A program made the translations under genes and the position numbers. A stretch of DNA of 59,017 nucleotides, the filler included, from Sphacelaria rigidula (lineage: Eukaryota): assembly GCA_964200075.2 (NCBI GenBank). It is 6 parts of 6 records of this genome, joined end to end, with 100 filler letters (N's around TTAATTAATTAA, not from the genome) between each part and the next. Parts side by side here need not be neighbours in the genome. Positions count along the whole stretch, not along the records: positions 19,708 to 29,460 come from CAXNAA020007837.1; positions 29,561 to 39,313 come from CAXNAA020007838.1; positions 39,414 to 49,165 come from CAXNAA020007839.1; 3 more parts are not named here. One strand, given 5' to 3'. A model generated the notes under the pieces. That model did not search any database. It was not told the DNA's origin and saw only the letters and a list, made by a program, of their open reading frames with translations. Below, one piece after another: positions 27,560 to 40,415 of this stretch; position 1 is the stretch's first letter; the number at the start of each line of letters is the position of its first letter.

Positions 27560-27820
27560 CTCATTACCTCCGTCAGTGATCCTCACTGGCTCGGTACTCA
27601 CATGTCTATGGTCATCACACGATCGCGGTTGCCGAGCTAACTCTTCAAACTCAATCACCTTCACAATCGGGTCCTCACGAACCCCGCTTGACATACGTTA
27701 TCTTGACATTGCCGTACTTCTCCAACAGAGCCAGTCTAGCCCCATTTGTTTTGGAACTATTACGACGGTACAAACGCAAGCCACACTGCACAAGGGGAAG
27801 CAACTCTAAAGAAACTATCG
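27560..27820 (-). mobile_element. Second, inverted degenerate copy of the copia gag fragment
   Basis: It aligns as a reverse complement to about 28113-28378. The ORF track gives SSGVREDPIVKVIEFEELARQ here versus SSGVRDDPNKKLIEMEELARQ in the other copy. Confidence 0.6.
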
Positions 27821-27984
27821 TAGTCCTTCTTGCTCTCTAGACTTACGGCTAGCATCTACCTAGCCATAACATCCTTCTCGTGCCTCGCCTGCACGAAACG
27901 CAATGGCAATCCCGTGTTCCCAACCTGCACGATATACAAACTGTCATTCGGCAGGTGTTTACAATGTTGAATGCCAGTTTGTAT

Positions 27985-28314
27985 GTTGTGGAGATCGGGA
28001 AAACGAGATTGACATTACGTTTCTTATAGGCAAGGCATGGGAAGGATGTTATGGTTGCGAATATGAAGGCTAGGCAGATTCTGGTCGCAAGCCAATAGAG
28101 CAAGAAGGACAAAGATAGCTTGTTAAGAGTTGCTTCCGTTGATGCAATGTGGCTCGAGTTTGTGCAGTCATACACTTCCGACACAAATGGGGCTAGACTG
28201 GCCCTGCTGGAGAAGTACGACAAATGCCAAAAGTGTCACGATATATCAAGCGGGGTTCGTGATGACCCGAACAAGAAGCTGATTGAGATGGAAGAGTTAG
28301 CTCGGCAGCTTTGA
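27985..28314 (+). mobile_element. Degenerate Ty1/copia gag (Retrotran_gag_2-like) fragment
   Basis: LRVASVDAMWLEFVQSYTSDTNGARLALLEKY...DDPNKKLIEMEELARQL resembles the copia gag pattern MW..L...Y...DP...L..ME.LA.QL. In-frame stops lie upstream. Confidence 0.55.
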
Positions 28315-28959
28315 TCCTATGATTATAGACATGTAAACGTAGCGAGCCAGCGACGATCACTGCCCGAGGTAACGTAAGCATCTAAGGGTACGAAAAAAAA
28401 TAAAGATGCCGGCGCAGCACTGAACTCGTTATCATTTCACCTCCCAACGCGGATGACGGCTTTTCACCCTTCGAGTGCCGGGCCTCGGTTCGGCACAATA
28501 TTTTGGACAGACGGTACTGCGGAGGAAGTGCACATCATTGTCATGGTCAGTAGCTGCTAGTTACCGACTGTATGGTGCAGCGGGCGCCTGCCCGACTGGG
28601 CTGATCTAGCGTTTGAAACACCGTACAGTACGGTCATTCGCCAATGCTCTTCTCCGGTCCAAGTTGCACGGCGCTGTCACCAAGCACTCGCACACAGGTC
28701 CGTGGCTGCACTGGCACCGAGCAGAGGGGGTTGGGATAATGTGATGATGGAAGTGCGCTACGAACATTTAGCTCGATTCAGCCTTTGCCGCCTGCCGCCG
28801 GGGCGTTCATCTGACCCATTCAAGTAGTCATGAGTTTTTTTCCATGTGTGATGTTGGTTTCAGTGAACTTCCAGATCACCCTCTCACTTTCAATCAACCT
28901 TCAAATCGCGTAACGCAGTGTTATTTTTTCTTAATAATGTGGAGGCGGTAATTTTGAAG

Positions 28960-29215
28960 GTTGGGCGCCCGAACACAGCGCACCTGGCGTTTGATGATGC
29001 TGAAACTTCACGCATTGTGCAGCTCGAAGTCACAGGTAGGTGTTAACGCAGCAGCTTCAGCGACCCACGGCGTTTTGTGCGCCGCGCGGTATGAAAGAAT
29101 GATTATGCACGATGCTGAACTCTTTTTGGAACGTTCCTCACTTTCTAATGACAATTCTAGAGAGACGATCACAAATCCGCGCGGAGGCAGCGGCAGATCT
29201 TGCCAGCGTTGTTGT
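28960..29215 (+). repeat. Dispersed repeat; inverted copy at about 54465-54720
   Basis: Both copies share AATGACAATTCTAGA...AAATCCGCGCGGAGGC.G.GGCAGATCTTGCCAGC and the flanking sequence. Confidence 0.75.
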
Positions 29216-29843
29216 TTTGGTCGGCCGCTTATCGGTCGACCCTTGTAGTAAGACAGAGAACATCCACTAGTCAGGGATCGTCGATGCTAGAGGCAGATGC
29301 TCTTGGGTTCTGCACGCCGTCTCGCGCAAGATGCGACCGTGCCACCGAGCCGAAGAGAACACTGTCTTCCGCCAAGGACCACTTCTGAGTGATGCTGCGA
29401 TAGGGTCTGCGCTTTTGCGGCCTGAGAGGAAATCGGGATTTAGGCATGTCGAATCACCTTNNNNNNNNNNNNNNNNNNNNNNNNNNNNNNNNNNNNNNNN
29501 NNNNTTAATTAATTAANNNNNNNNNNNNNNNNNNNNNNNNNNNNNNNNNNNNNNNNNNNNGTGGAATGGCGCAAAAGTTGCGTGGATACCGCTTGGACCA
29601 GCGATCAACTTTTTTCTCCCTTTCGGGTAATCAGGCCGAAGGAATCGTGAATTTGCTGTTTTTGAGTCGTGATGATTTGTCCCAACCGTGGAACGTTTCG
29701 TCCATACATACGTGGTGGAAGAGTCAGGAAAGCGAACCGCGCGTTTGCTTCTTCGTCATAGTTTTCATCCACTGATGCGTCCAGATAAAACGGCGGGAAA
29801 AAGGAAAGGATAGGGTGGTGCCGATCCATTTCATGCGTCTTGC

Positions 29844-32800
29844 CTGCAAGTGCTCGACGTCTGGGTCCTTGTCAGTCTTGGTCTTGAGCCACGGCTCGAT
29901 GCTCTTGTACTGCTCGTAGAAGTTAGTCATGTCGGGTACGAGGTCCTTCTGCACGTACATGTGCGGTAACGGGTACACCTTCATCGGAGCCGAGTCCTGG
30001 GTGCGCCAGTAACGGCGCGGACGGACGGGTGATAGGAGAGGGGAGAAGGGGGTGTAGTCATGATCTTGTGTGTGGTACTTTAGTCACAGGGTCACTGACC
30101 TCGCATCCCTACAAGGCCGGGACGGGGCACGCCAGGATTTCGCCGGACCAGGCTCAGGGGGGATAAGTGGGGAGGGGGGTGATGCGGTTCAAGAAAAATA
30201 TCGCTCGTTCGGACTTTTAGGGCATAGCCGAGGCTTCCACAACGGACCGGGGGCTGTAAAAATAGCAGGAGGTGCATGCTTGCATGGAAGATTGATGGGA
30301 AGCTCAATTATGTTTGCTACGACATCGTTGGAGAAGGGAATGCACACACACATATATATATATATATACAGGTACAACAATTTTCCTCCTCTGCGGAGGG
30401 TGCAAAGAGTATGACTACCGCTGTGAGCTAAATGCACACTCGCGACTAAGGTTGGATATAATTTAATGACAAAGCTTGTTTTGTTCATGTCTATCTTCGT
30501 TTTTGATTACCAGTTTAGTCCTTTTGTTTTGTTCCCCGCTTCTCGTTTTCTTCAGCGATCATTTCCGCTTCGTTCACCTTGGGTACATCCATCTTGTGGA
30601 CATGTCCACAGCTGGGTCCCTCCGGGATAAGTCAATGTGCGATGATCAATTAAAAAAATCAATAGACGGCTCCAATTGACGAGGGGGTGGTGAGGGAGAG
30701 GGTACAAATTTGCATGAGAGGTGGTGGCAGTTACACACGGTTTAGATAAAGGCGATGGTAAGGCAATCATAGTGGGGAAGAGAAGATCACGGACAAGGTA
30801 TCGAAGTGGGGCACAAGTACAGCAAACCGTCAAGAGGGTGGTTCCTCCTTCGACTATTTAGTTGGAAAAAATATGTTTTCGGTGCTGAACGAATCGAAAA
30901 AACGGAAGTTATGATAATCGTGCAGATATTATGCTCAGACCCGCATCTGCGACACACATCTTCACGCAATGAGTGTGTGGGGAGGGAGAGCGATACCCAT
31001 TATAGTTGAAATCACAAGATCACACCCGCGTCGCCCCAATCCGGCACTACAACACAACAGCAGCAGCAGCAGCTATCCTTCCACGGTTAGGACAAATCAT
31101 CACGACTCAAAATCACCAAATTCACGATTCCTTCGGTGTGATTGCCCAAAAGGGAGAAAAAAGTTGATCGCTGGTCCAAGGGGTATCCACTCGACTTTTG
31201 CGCCATTTTACGTGTCTGGGCTGCGTGTACCTGGGTTGCAACGTTGAAATAAAGCCTTGAAACACGAGTCAACTCATTATACTAAAACCGAGTAATTTCC
31301 AGACTCATTGTCCGACCCTTGTATCTTTCTCACTACTAGGAGATATACAACGGGTAGGATCTTCGGATTACGTTCTCCCGACTGGAGAGCAAACACCCCT
31401 CCGCCAGAAGATTCAGCGCACCGACAGTAATCGTCTGTAGTGTTCGCCACCATGAGTGTTAATAGGGGATGTACCGACACACCTGTTCAATTGCGCACAG
31501 ACAGGCCAGAGTGTTCTTGCCGTTGATGTTCATCGCGCACGATCCGCAGATGCCCTCTCGGCACGAACGTCGGAACGTCAGAGTGGGGTCCTACAGAGGG
31601 AGAGAGGAAACCAGGGGAAAGGGGAGCAAAAATACCGCCGCGAACAACCGACGGAGGTGGTAGGGGGTGATTCCTCGCGAGGTGTCATCAGCAAAAGTGG
31701 AGCCAGATACCGAGACGTGGTTTGGCAGTGAACACCAACACGCGCCGCAGTTGCTGTGTTTATTCACACCACTAGTGGGGACACTCTTCCAACTTCACCA
31801 CTACATGACTGAAGAACTTATGGGTGTTCAATTTACGTCGATTTTTTCTCCGAGACCCGTTACTGAGTGAAACGAAAAGATTAGACGGCTTGCAGCAGCA
31901 GTGACCGGTGGAAGTGGTTGTTTTTTTGCAGATAACGTTCGAGCGGGACCTGAATAAAAGATCGCCGCATATTGGTGAGTACCTGCTCGTTTTTAATCTT
32001 GATCAGCGCGTCCAGTACCATGGGGCCGCAATCGTCGAGGTCCACCGGGTACGTCTTCATGTACGGCTTTTGGTCCTGGATCGTTTGGGCAGCAATGTGG
32101 TGGTGTGACGGACGGTGCCGTTGGGTCGGGTTCTCGTGTCGCGTGAGAGACGGGACGTTGTCGGTGACCGTGCCACCGCATAGCAGAGGAGGAAAAACAA
32201 AGGCAATTCAATATCAATAAAGCATATCTAGCACTCCCTGATTTCACTAGTTAATGAAAGGCTGAGGCGGTTTGCCCATGTTGGCCCTCTCGCGGTCCTC
32301 AGTATCGGCCACCCATATCAAAAGAGGTACTACTACCACACAACACCACGTCAGCGGTTCAACAGGAAATGCAGCGAATTCAACAACGGGTCAACACAGT
32401 ACCGTAGCGTGCGTGACATAGTACAACACGCACGGGTGAGTTTTGGGGGTGTTACATAACGTATGCCGATATAGTACTGTGGATATCGATATGGTGCTTT
32501 AGAAAGTCGAATATATAACCTAGGAGTGCTGGTCACGGGATGTGGCACGTAGTGTACGAAAGTCATGATCCTGTGTTATGCCCCACTACTGTAGCGTGCC
32601 GAAATACACCATGCGGCATGCCCATACATTTTGCTTTTGATGTGCACATGGTAAGATTTACCGGGAAGCAGGTAGGGTTCGGGCGTTCTCGCGCCTGTGT
32701 GGAGGCACGCAGGTAGTGTTTTTCGGACACACGTCTCAGGCTGCAATCAAACCCGAAACGCGGTTTAGACGAGTGGTGTTGGCACGTCTACAAGAGTCTT

Positions 32801-33684
32801 GTTGTTAAACTAGAGGTGGGTTCATTTTGCGCAGTTACGTGCGGGTATCATTTGCCCCCCTCGTCACCCCCTTGGCGATAGCATGAAGGCACCACAGGTG
32901 GTCTCCAACTGTACTGGGGGGGAACGCGAAACTTTCAGTGTAGGGGAGGCCAGCGGTGACGCCGAGTCGTCCGTTTTTCGACACCAAGCACTCAATCTAT
33001 ACGAGTAATAGGAGCGCCTACTTTATGCTTGCAATATGATTGACGGCCAGGTTGACAATTGGTGCAGGATAGTACAGTGTAATCGACTGGAACATCGTAG
33101 TGAAATGGCTCACTTATAAATTGAAATCTAGAATCATGGTCACGTTTCCACGATTCTGTTTCCTTATACTCTCGTGATGGAGTTCGTTACAACTGACTGG
33201 CGGCGCCGTTGTCACCTTCCGGCTGTGTCAGCAGCGGAAGATGCAGCTTCTAACTACGTGATCCCACACAAAAAAAAAAGTACGCCAAATTACTCCGAGA
33301 CAGTTACAGTTAAATCACACTCGATGGTGGCACCTATCCATTTCTCGCCGCACTTGGTCATGCGCATCAACCATTATATTTTAGAAAGCGAACGCAATAC
33401 TTGTAGCTTGCAAGTATACAAAAGAGCACCCTGTCAAGGTGGCCGCTTCCGTAATCACTCTGACTCCACCTTTTTCTTGTCCCAAAGCCCAGAAATACCT
33501 TTTCGTTGGGATCCCATCGATATATCTTGAAGTTCTTGACGTTGCTACTGGCACTGGCGGGGGTCTCGTCTTTGGCCGCGGCGGCAGGCGCCGCTGCCGC
33601 CGACTTCAACCTCACCAACAAAGCTCCGACTACCGGCGGTCTGCCGGCCGCCGATCGCGCTGGTGTTGCCGCTGCTGCAAGCAT
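29844..33684 (-). CDS. SDHB: Succinate dehydrogenase iron-sulfur subunit, mitochondrial (5' part; exons 33684-33499, 32075-31983, 31590-31483, 29996-29844; 3' exons off the contig)
   Basis: Spliced product: transit peptide, then [118 protein letters not shown]. It carries the diagnostic 2Fe-2S motif CREGICGSC, and all introns are phase 0. Confidence 0.97.
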
Positions 33685-34855
33685 CGTCCCGTGCCTTTTG
33701 ATGAACTCCTCTTCCTGCCTTTTGCTTACTCGTGATCCCTTCCTTTCGGGATCGATCCAGTTCTCTCCCTGTACCGCGGCTACCCTGCAGTGGATATTAC
33801 TGCTCGGCGATGTCTTGAGGGCCTTGCTCCTAGGGTACATTGTCGAGAACATACGGCACCACACGGCATGAGGTGAATATCCTAGGGTAAGGTGCCGCTT
33901 GTGGGTAGCGCGCGCCCTCTCTCCACATCTCTTCGGCAAAGGTTTGATATGAGCCAAGGGAGCCTCGTTGGCAGTGATCCGACAGCTGGTGTAACTATGC
34001 CTCAGCGTTTTCAATCCTGCTGCTGTGTTCCGGTAGTGATGGCCGCATCATCAACGGCAAATGATTACTACGCAGTATGTTCGTGCACGTCAGATAAGAA
34101 GGACGAGGAACAGTTTGTCGTGATATAGGTCAACTTTGGGAGACTGATGCGATGATCACATCAAGGGAGGATTCACGATGACCGAAGCAGTAACCAATCA
34201 TGACTCCCCCTGTGAACGCCCGTGTATCCGTCTCTCTACCTTGAACGCGATGACCTGGCTCGCAACTCGCTATCACCTGCGTGTTTCCGTGAACTTCTGT
34301 GTTGCTGCGGCAAACCAGGGGCTTCTTCCCGTGCTTGATGTGCCGACTGTCCGCAACTCCAGCCCTGCTTTACCAAACTTTTTCGCAATGAATTTCAAGA
34401 TCACGTTTCAAAAGCAAATAAAAACACAACGGGTTCGTACGTTGTGCTCCTGTTGGCTGCAGTCGATCTCCTGTTGTACAGCTGTACAGCTGTACAAATG
34501 TTTGGATCTGCCCGATGGCCGCTGACTCCGAGCGTTTCATTTTTTTCATATTCACTTTCGATTTGTCATACTCAACAGTTCCTAGGGATGAGGAGGACAA
34601 GCTTGAGGATACATATCGACACCGCCACGAGCGAATGTATTCATACGTAATCCCGGTATTTGAATTCGAACCATCATTAGTACTGTTGTCGCATTTCACC
34701 GTTCAAAAATCAAGTTCCGAAACGCATATGTCCTATTGCTTTTTATCAGAGCGACAGTGTATCAGTACTGCCCTTTCCCGAGGTCATACTCTAGCGCAAC
34801 TGTCCGATCTAGAGATGCTTGTACATACCGCGATTGGCATCGCACGTTGGGAATC

Positions 34856-37800
34856 ATGGCAACGTGGTTATGTAGAGGGGTTTTGCGACCAAGAGGTTCA
34901 CTAGCGCGACTGAGATCAGCATCATCCACTTCATTGTCTTCATCTGTCCGCGCAGCAACAGCGGCGACAGCGCAAAGGACATATTCTGGTTCTGTTTCCC
35001 GACAGGTATCAGATGTTGCACTTTGCTGTACGGGCTCGCGCACTACTGCAGACTGTAGCCGGAGCAGTAACTCCGTCGGGGGAAAATAAGCAGCGCGCTA
35101 TGTGTATTCGGTGCTTCTCTGTCGGATAGTACAGGCACAGTTGGACCAAGCTGCTTCACCATAAACTGTTGTTTCGGGAATTGGTCTTAATACGCAACTG
35201 CCGAGCTTGTGGAACTGGGGGGGGGAGGATTTCCTCCCTGAAACTACTGCACCTACTGTTGTACAACAGTAGTTGTATGACCGCTACCCGTGCCCCGTGA
35301 TGCGGCGTTTAATTCAGTGATGGAGCAGGTCTGCGAGCGACGCTCTTCTAATGCTCCGCACGTCTGTTCCCCGTTACGAAAAAAAAATGCTCTGGATCAA
35401 AGCCGGTCTTGATCCAGAGACCCATCACTCGGTCAATGGTCAGTTCGCTTGCTCATGGTGGTCGCAGGCACGCTACTTCGAAAAGATCTGCTGGTCGGTA
35501 TAAGGTATAGGTGCTGTTTTGAACAACTATGGATGAGAAGAGCGGTGACTCGGGCCAGCGCCGCCTCGGATGATACACTTCACTCGCTCAGTACAACAGC
35601 GTAATAAGATACGGTGAAGTTCTCTAACATCTTGTTTGCGGTACCGCAGGCAATTTTGCGTGATCCCTCGACCGGCACAGTGGGGCACATTGTCCAGTTC
35701 ACGTAGTTCGCTCTACAGCCGCTGACCAGGCTGGGCGTTTGCCCGTGCTTCCGCTCTCTTCGCCCTTCATTTCACCATGTACCTGAGTGTTGACCCGGTG
35801 TGCGCCGGGCGGTTTGGTATCCGTATAATCCAGGATCTTGGGTACATGGAAGACTGCTGTATTCACTGCAGTTTGCTGCACCTGGAAGTATTTGGTGTTG
35901 TCTGCCTCGCCCCATCCGCTGTACGCAGTCGCCATGACACCAAGTAGTATTTGTAATGACAGGCAACGCAGTAACCAGTGAACCATTAGCAAAGCCGAAA
36001 TAAATTCCAGCTACGACAAGTGTCCTTTTTGTGCCTCCCGATCTCGAGACCGACTGGCCCTTATCACGCCGTTGATAAATTTCCTCATGGTTTTCTCTCG
36101 CTTGCGTGCAGACGGGACCTGCTATCCATGTCACGGTCGGCGTCGGCCGCGATATCTCACGCGATCATGCTGTCATCGGAGCCGAGCAGCGGCAGCAACA
36201 ACGATCACTGGGTACATTCCAAGCGACTTCACCTCGACGCGAAGAACATGTCATAGAACTCCCGGCGTGAGTGTACCATAGTGGAGACTTTATCGTGTAA
36301 TATAACGGGATCTGGGTATTTGCAAATATGCCCTGGATCGCTGGCATCAGGGCACGGGTTCAAGACCAAACAAATTGTGAAGATTGGATGATATTTGGGC
36401 AGCTGCTTCGAAGAGAGTATTGTACCACGCGTTACGGTTCTGTTCGGTTCACTGTACGGAATAACAAATGTGTTCACTGTAGCAAGTAAAAAAAAAAAAA
36501 TGGGGTGATGCCGCGATAGCCCTCATACAGAAATCAACATACTAATCGAAATGATGAACACCGAGCACGCAAACCGGCCGGAAATCGCACGCTTTAGATC
36601 TTTATTGCCAATGTCGCCCATATGAGGCGCTTCATGCAGTCTGAAACGAGTTTTCGTGCTCTGTTTGGCCGTGTTTTTGTCCAAGTTTTGGAGCTGGGTT
36701 GGGTGGGTGGGGGGCTACCGCGGCATCACTCTTTAGCGGCACTTGCAGTATGGAACAATTCTTCATCCATTTGGTTTTGAATATTTCGGCGGCCACAGGG
36801 AGCACGTGTGAGGGTTTGATGTCTTGGGCACGAACGTGTACAGTGCTCTCTGGGGGTGACCGTTATGGTTGATTGAGTGTGTTTGAATGCCACACGACGC
36901 AGCCTTGTTGATTCGAAACATTCTTGCACGTATGCATGATACCTATGCTTTGTCCTTCCGCAGTAGCAGAAGGTCCCACACGCTTTTGATGCCAAAAAAG
37001 TCGAGAAATGGTTGATTGAACGAGTGCTCCTGAGATGGACGCCAATTCTCTCATTGTTGACGCTCAAAACGTCCCAAGTTAGGAATCAATTATTTGATTT
37101 ACCGTTTTAGCCTATGCGCTTCTGCGTGTGTTTCTTCGGTGCAGTTTGGGTGATTCTATTACGGAGGGAACGCTGGTGCAGTGGTGCAAATCGGTGGGCG
37201 ATGAGGTGGTCGAGGACGAGGTGATTGCGGTCGTGGAGACGGACAAGGTCAGCGTCGATGTGCGCTCGTCTCACGTGGGAGTGGTGATCAAACTCTTCGC
37301 GGCCGTCGATGACGTGGTGCGTATGCTGTACGTTTATTGCTCACGAAGTTAGCATTGTGTTATATTCCTCGTGAACTTGACAACCGCCTTTTTTTTTATT
37401 GAATATTTTTTGCAGCACCTGTACCGCTGTTGGTTGAATATCCTACCCCCTAGACAGCAGTGTAGGCGTTTTGAACCCCCCCACCCCCCCACCCCTCTGT
37501 GAGAATTGAGGATGGTGAGACACCCATGAGTCAGTGTTCAAGCCGTGGCTGTCTCTGGAAGTGGCGATACCAGAAAATGAAGCATTCATTGTAGTCATCC
37601 CAATGCAAGATAATCCGTAGGCTTCGGACCGAACAATCTTAGCTGGAATCAGCTCACCCTTCATGCGACTCGCCGAACACACCACGGCGCTTCGCGCTTG
37701 GTGATTGAGTGCGAGCCTGGTCCGGCGAAAACCCGATGTGCTCCGTCCCGGCTCTATAGGGATGCGAGGCCAATGGTCTTGTGACCATGGCATGCATGAT

Positions 37801-38135
37801 CATGACACCCCCACCCACCCCTCTAGACTTCAAGCCGGCAAGCACGGGTTATCCGTGTCTGTCTTCCTGCTCTGTTGCAGTGATTTGTGATATCTTTTGT
37901 TTGTGAAAGACAGCGCGTAGTGTGACGTTGTAGCTTACAAAGCTGCAATTTTCAGACGTTGTCACTGTATTCCTCTGGTATTACAGGCATTCATGTCTTC
38001 CCACCACCCCGCCCCCTTTCCCAGGTCGAAGTTGGAACGGCGCTATGCACGATCGATGGTGACGAAGCGGCCGTGGTGAAGGCCAAGCTAGAGGCAGCCG
38101 AGGCCGAAGAGGATGCCAAAGCACCGCCCCCGGAG
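34856..38135 (+). CDS. Mitochondrial lipoyl-domain protein, DLST/ODO2 (2-oxoglutarate dehydrogenase E2)-like, 5' part; exons 34856-35005, 36112-36266, 37145-37316, 38025-38135
   Basis: An Arg/Ser/Ala-rich mitochondrial presequence (MATWLCRGVLRPRGSLARLRS...) precedes the lipoyl domain ELPA|LGDSITEGTLVQWCKSVGDEVVEDEVIAVVETDKVSVDVRS...DDV|VEVGTALCTID, which has the ETDK lipoyl-lysine motif and is followed by an Ala/Glu/Pro linker. Intron phases 0, 2, 0 are consistent. The catalytic domain is not in this contig. Confidence 0.88.
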
Positions 38136-39815
38136 GTGATTTTGGGGGAGGAGAATTGCCGTGTTATAGTATGTTGTACAAAAGTCCTCTGCAGCGCATC
38201 GTCTGCGATAGTGCATACCGGACACCGTGGTTGAGTTACAGGCCATTTGACCACGCGGTGCTCCCTGGTTGTTGAACTTACCATTATCCCAGGTTCGTTT
38301 GAGTGCTCACAGTGAAAACTAAAACGTGTGAGCACGCGAGGTTGGTCCGACCATCCGTGTGGCTTCTTGACCGGTAGCCAGAAAGATTTCCGCGTGTCGC
38401 TCGCGCAAACTCCTGTTTGCCACGCACATGTGATTTGACGTCAACACCAAGTGCCATAGATAATTCGCATTTTCTTGCGCAAAAGCGAGGTGCTGCTGAG
38501 CACGGGCCGCCTGAAATGGTATCACCCCTGATCCCTCCTAGACTCAGCATTTTCTTCGGGTACAGAACAGTGTGTGCAGTATAGCAACACATTGCTTGAA
38601 CATGTGACATGGTATTTTGAATTTTCGCTAACCACATGACACGCGTGAAGAGCTCGCGCAATCTCTGACAGCTCCCAGATGCATAGTAGTTTCCAGCTGA
38701 ATCAGCATGTTTTATGATTTTTTCGTGGTCGGCGATTTTCAATAGTTCTACGTTTGCCACTGCCCATCCCAATGAGCGTTTGATTCAAAGTCGGGGGGTC
38801 GGGAGATACTAAGCATCCGCTCCACATTCCGAAACAAAGGTCATATCTGCACTGAACGTTTGACGACTTATGAGCTGACCGGTCCACGGCGGTCCTGCGA
38901 CCACCGAACCCCAGGTTCTGACCCTTGGGTCCTCGATTGAAGCAATCCCGATCGTTCTCGTGAACAAATGTCAAGTTTTTTTGGTTTCCGCCTTTTTATT
39001 ACGCTAGGGCTGAAACGTTTTTGGACCAGCGATGGCCAATAACACCCCCTGATAAACGAGGGCCTTACTCCTTGCCACCCCGTCAACACCAACTTGAGGA
39101 TCGTGTCCATAGTACCACCTGCTTCTTTTACCAGCATGTATCGACGGTAGTATTTTCGAGTGCTAAAGAAGAATGCTATACGAGAAAATTCAGATGAGTA
39201 CTGTACCCAACTACGAAAATTGCCCAACCGAGCTCTGTAAAGCACAGGGGGGGAAGGGGGTGTACTCATGATCATGCATGCCATAGTCGTCAGACCATTA
39301 ACGTCGCATCCCTNNNNNNNNNNNNNNNNNNNNNNNNNNNNNNNNNNNNNNNNNNNNTTAATTAATTAANNNNNNNNNNNNNNNNNNNNNNNNNNNNNNN
39401 NNNNNNNNNNNNNATTTTTTATTATTCCACTAACACAGGGTCAACCCTGTGTTAGTGGGGGTCCGGTCCCAAAAGGGTTAATAGGACAGCAGTCGTACTT
39501 CCAGACTTTTCTGCACGGAGGAACCATGAACCGCAGAGCCGCTACCGCCTCTTCATATCACTATTTTTCTCTTTGTCTTTTTTCGGATGTTGGAGACTAG
39601 TCGAAGCTACCGTTGGATACCAAAAGATCGGTTCCAGTCAAAACACTGCTGACAAACCAGCCATTGGCGTCAGGGGTGGCTTAAGGTGGGCCTAATACGG
39701 CACTTTCCTCTACTGTTGCGCGAGTACATTCGAGCGGCCTTCCGGTCAACGCACGCGAGCGAATGCCACTCGTATTGTGAAGTCATTACTGTAGCAACTA
39801 AACGACCAAACTTAC

Positions 39816-40415
39816 ATCGAGTAAAGATTTCGTGGTCCGAAACCCCGCCCATTCGCTGGACCCACTGTGGTTGGACTCGGTCGCCGCCCCAGGCCTCGTT
39901 GCTGCGTCGCACCGAGCGAGAAGTTCCGCTAGAAAATATGTATCTTCCTCCTGATCAAGGGAAGATTCGGTGCTTGCTGACATGCTGGCGGTTTCGCGAT
40001 CTACTTCTTCTGCTCTTGCAGCAGGGGGGACGGAAACCGTTCGCTCAGAGATTTTGGCGTTTTTCTCCTGAAATCTGTGCTCATCAGTATTGCTCGGCTT
40101 GGCCGCCATATTCATGTTCCCGCTTCTGCTGCTAGTGCCGCCATTTTTGCTGTTGCGGCTGCTGCTCGTGCTGCTGCTCGCCACCAAGGTGAAGTTGCTG
40201 TTGCTACACCATGACGTTGATCGTTGTGAGTGTAACGGTCGGATCGAGCATGTTGTTGCAGTTGGTTGTAGACAAGGGTAGTGATCAACACGATCAGTGT
40301 TACACAACCTTTTGCCGACAGCAGTGCCCACAAAAGCCGCAACGGGTCTTGGTAGATTCAAAAACAGCACGCTCAGGGCTATGGTGGCAAGAGCGGCGGG
40401 CAAGCCCGGCGCCAT
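39816..40415 (-). CDS. First exon (200 codons) of a predicted plastid-targeted protein of unknown function; remaining exons not seen before the contig end
   Basis: The sequence starts MAPGLPAALATIALSVLFLNLPRPVAAFVG, a signal peptide with an ASAFAP-like cleavage motif (VAA|F), followed by a Ser/Thr/Arg-rich transit-like region. It ends at a strong donor, GAT|GTAAGT, at 39816/39815. Confidence 0.7.

Noticed and set aside
33685-34014. N-terminal extension of SDHB in the ORF track (215-aa ORF)
   Set aside because: The ATG at 33684 starts a typical mitochondrial presequence, so the upstream open frame is most likely 5' UTR or promoter.
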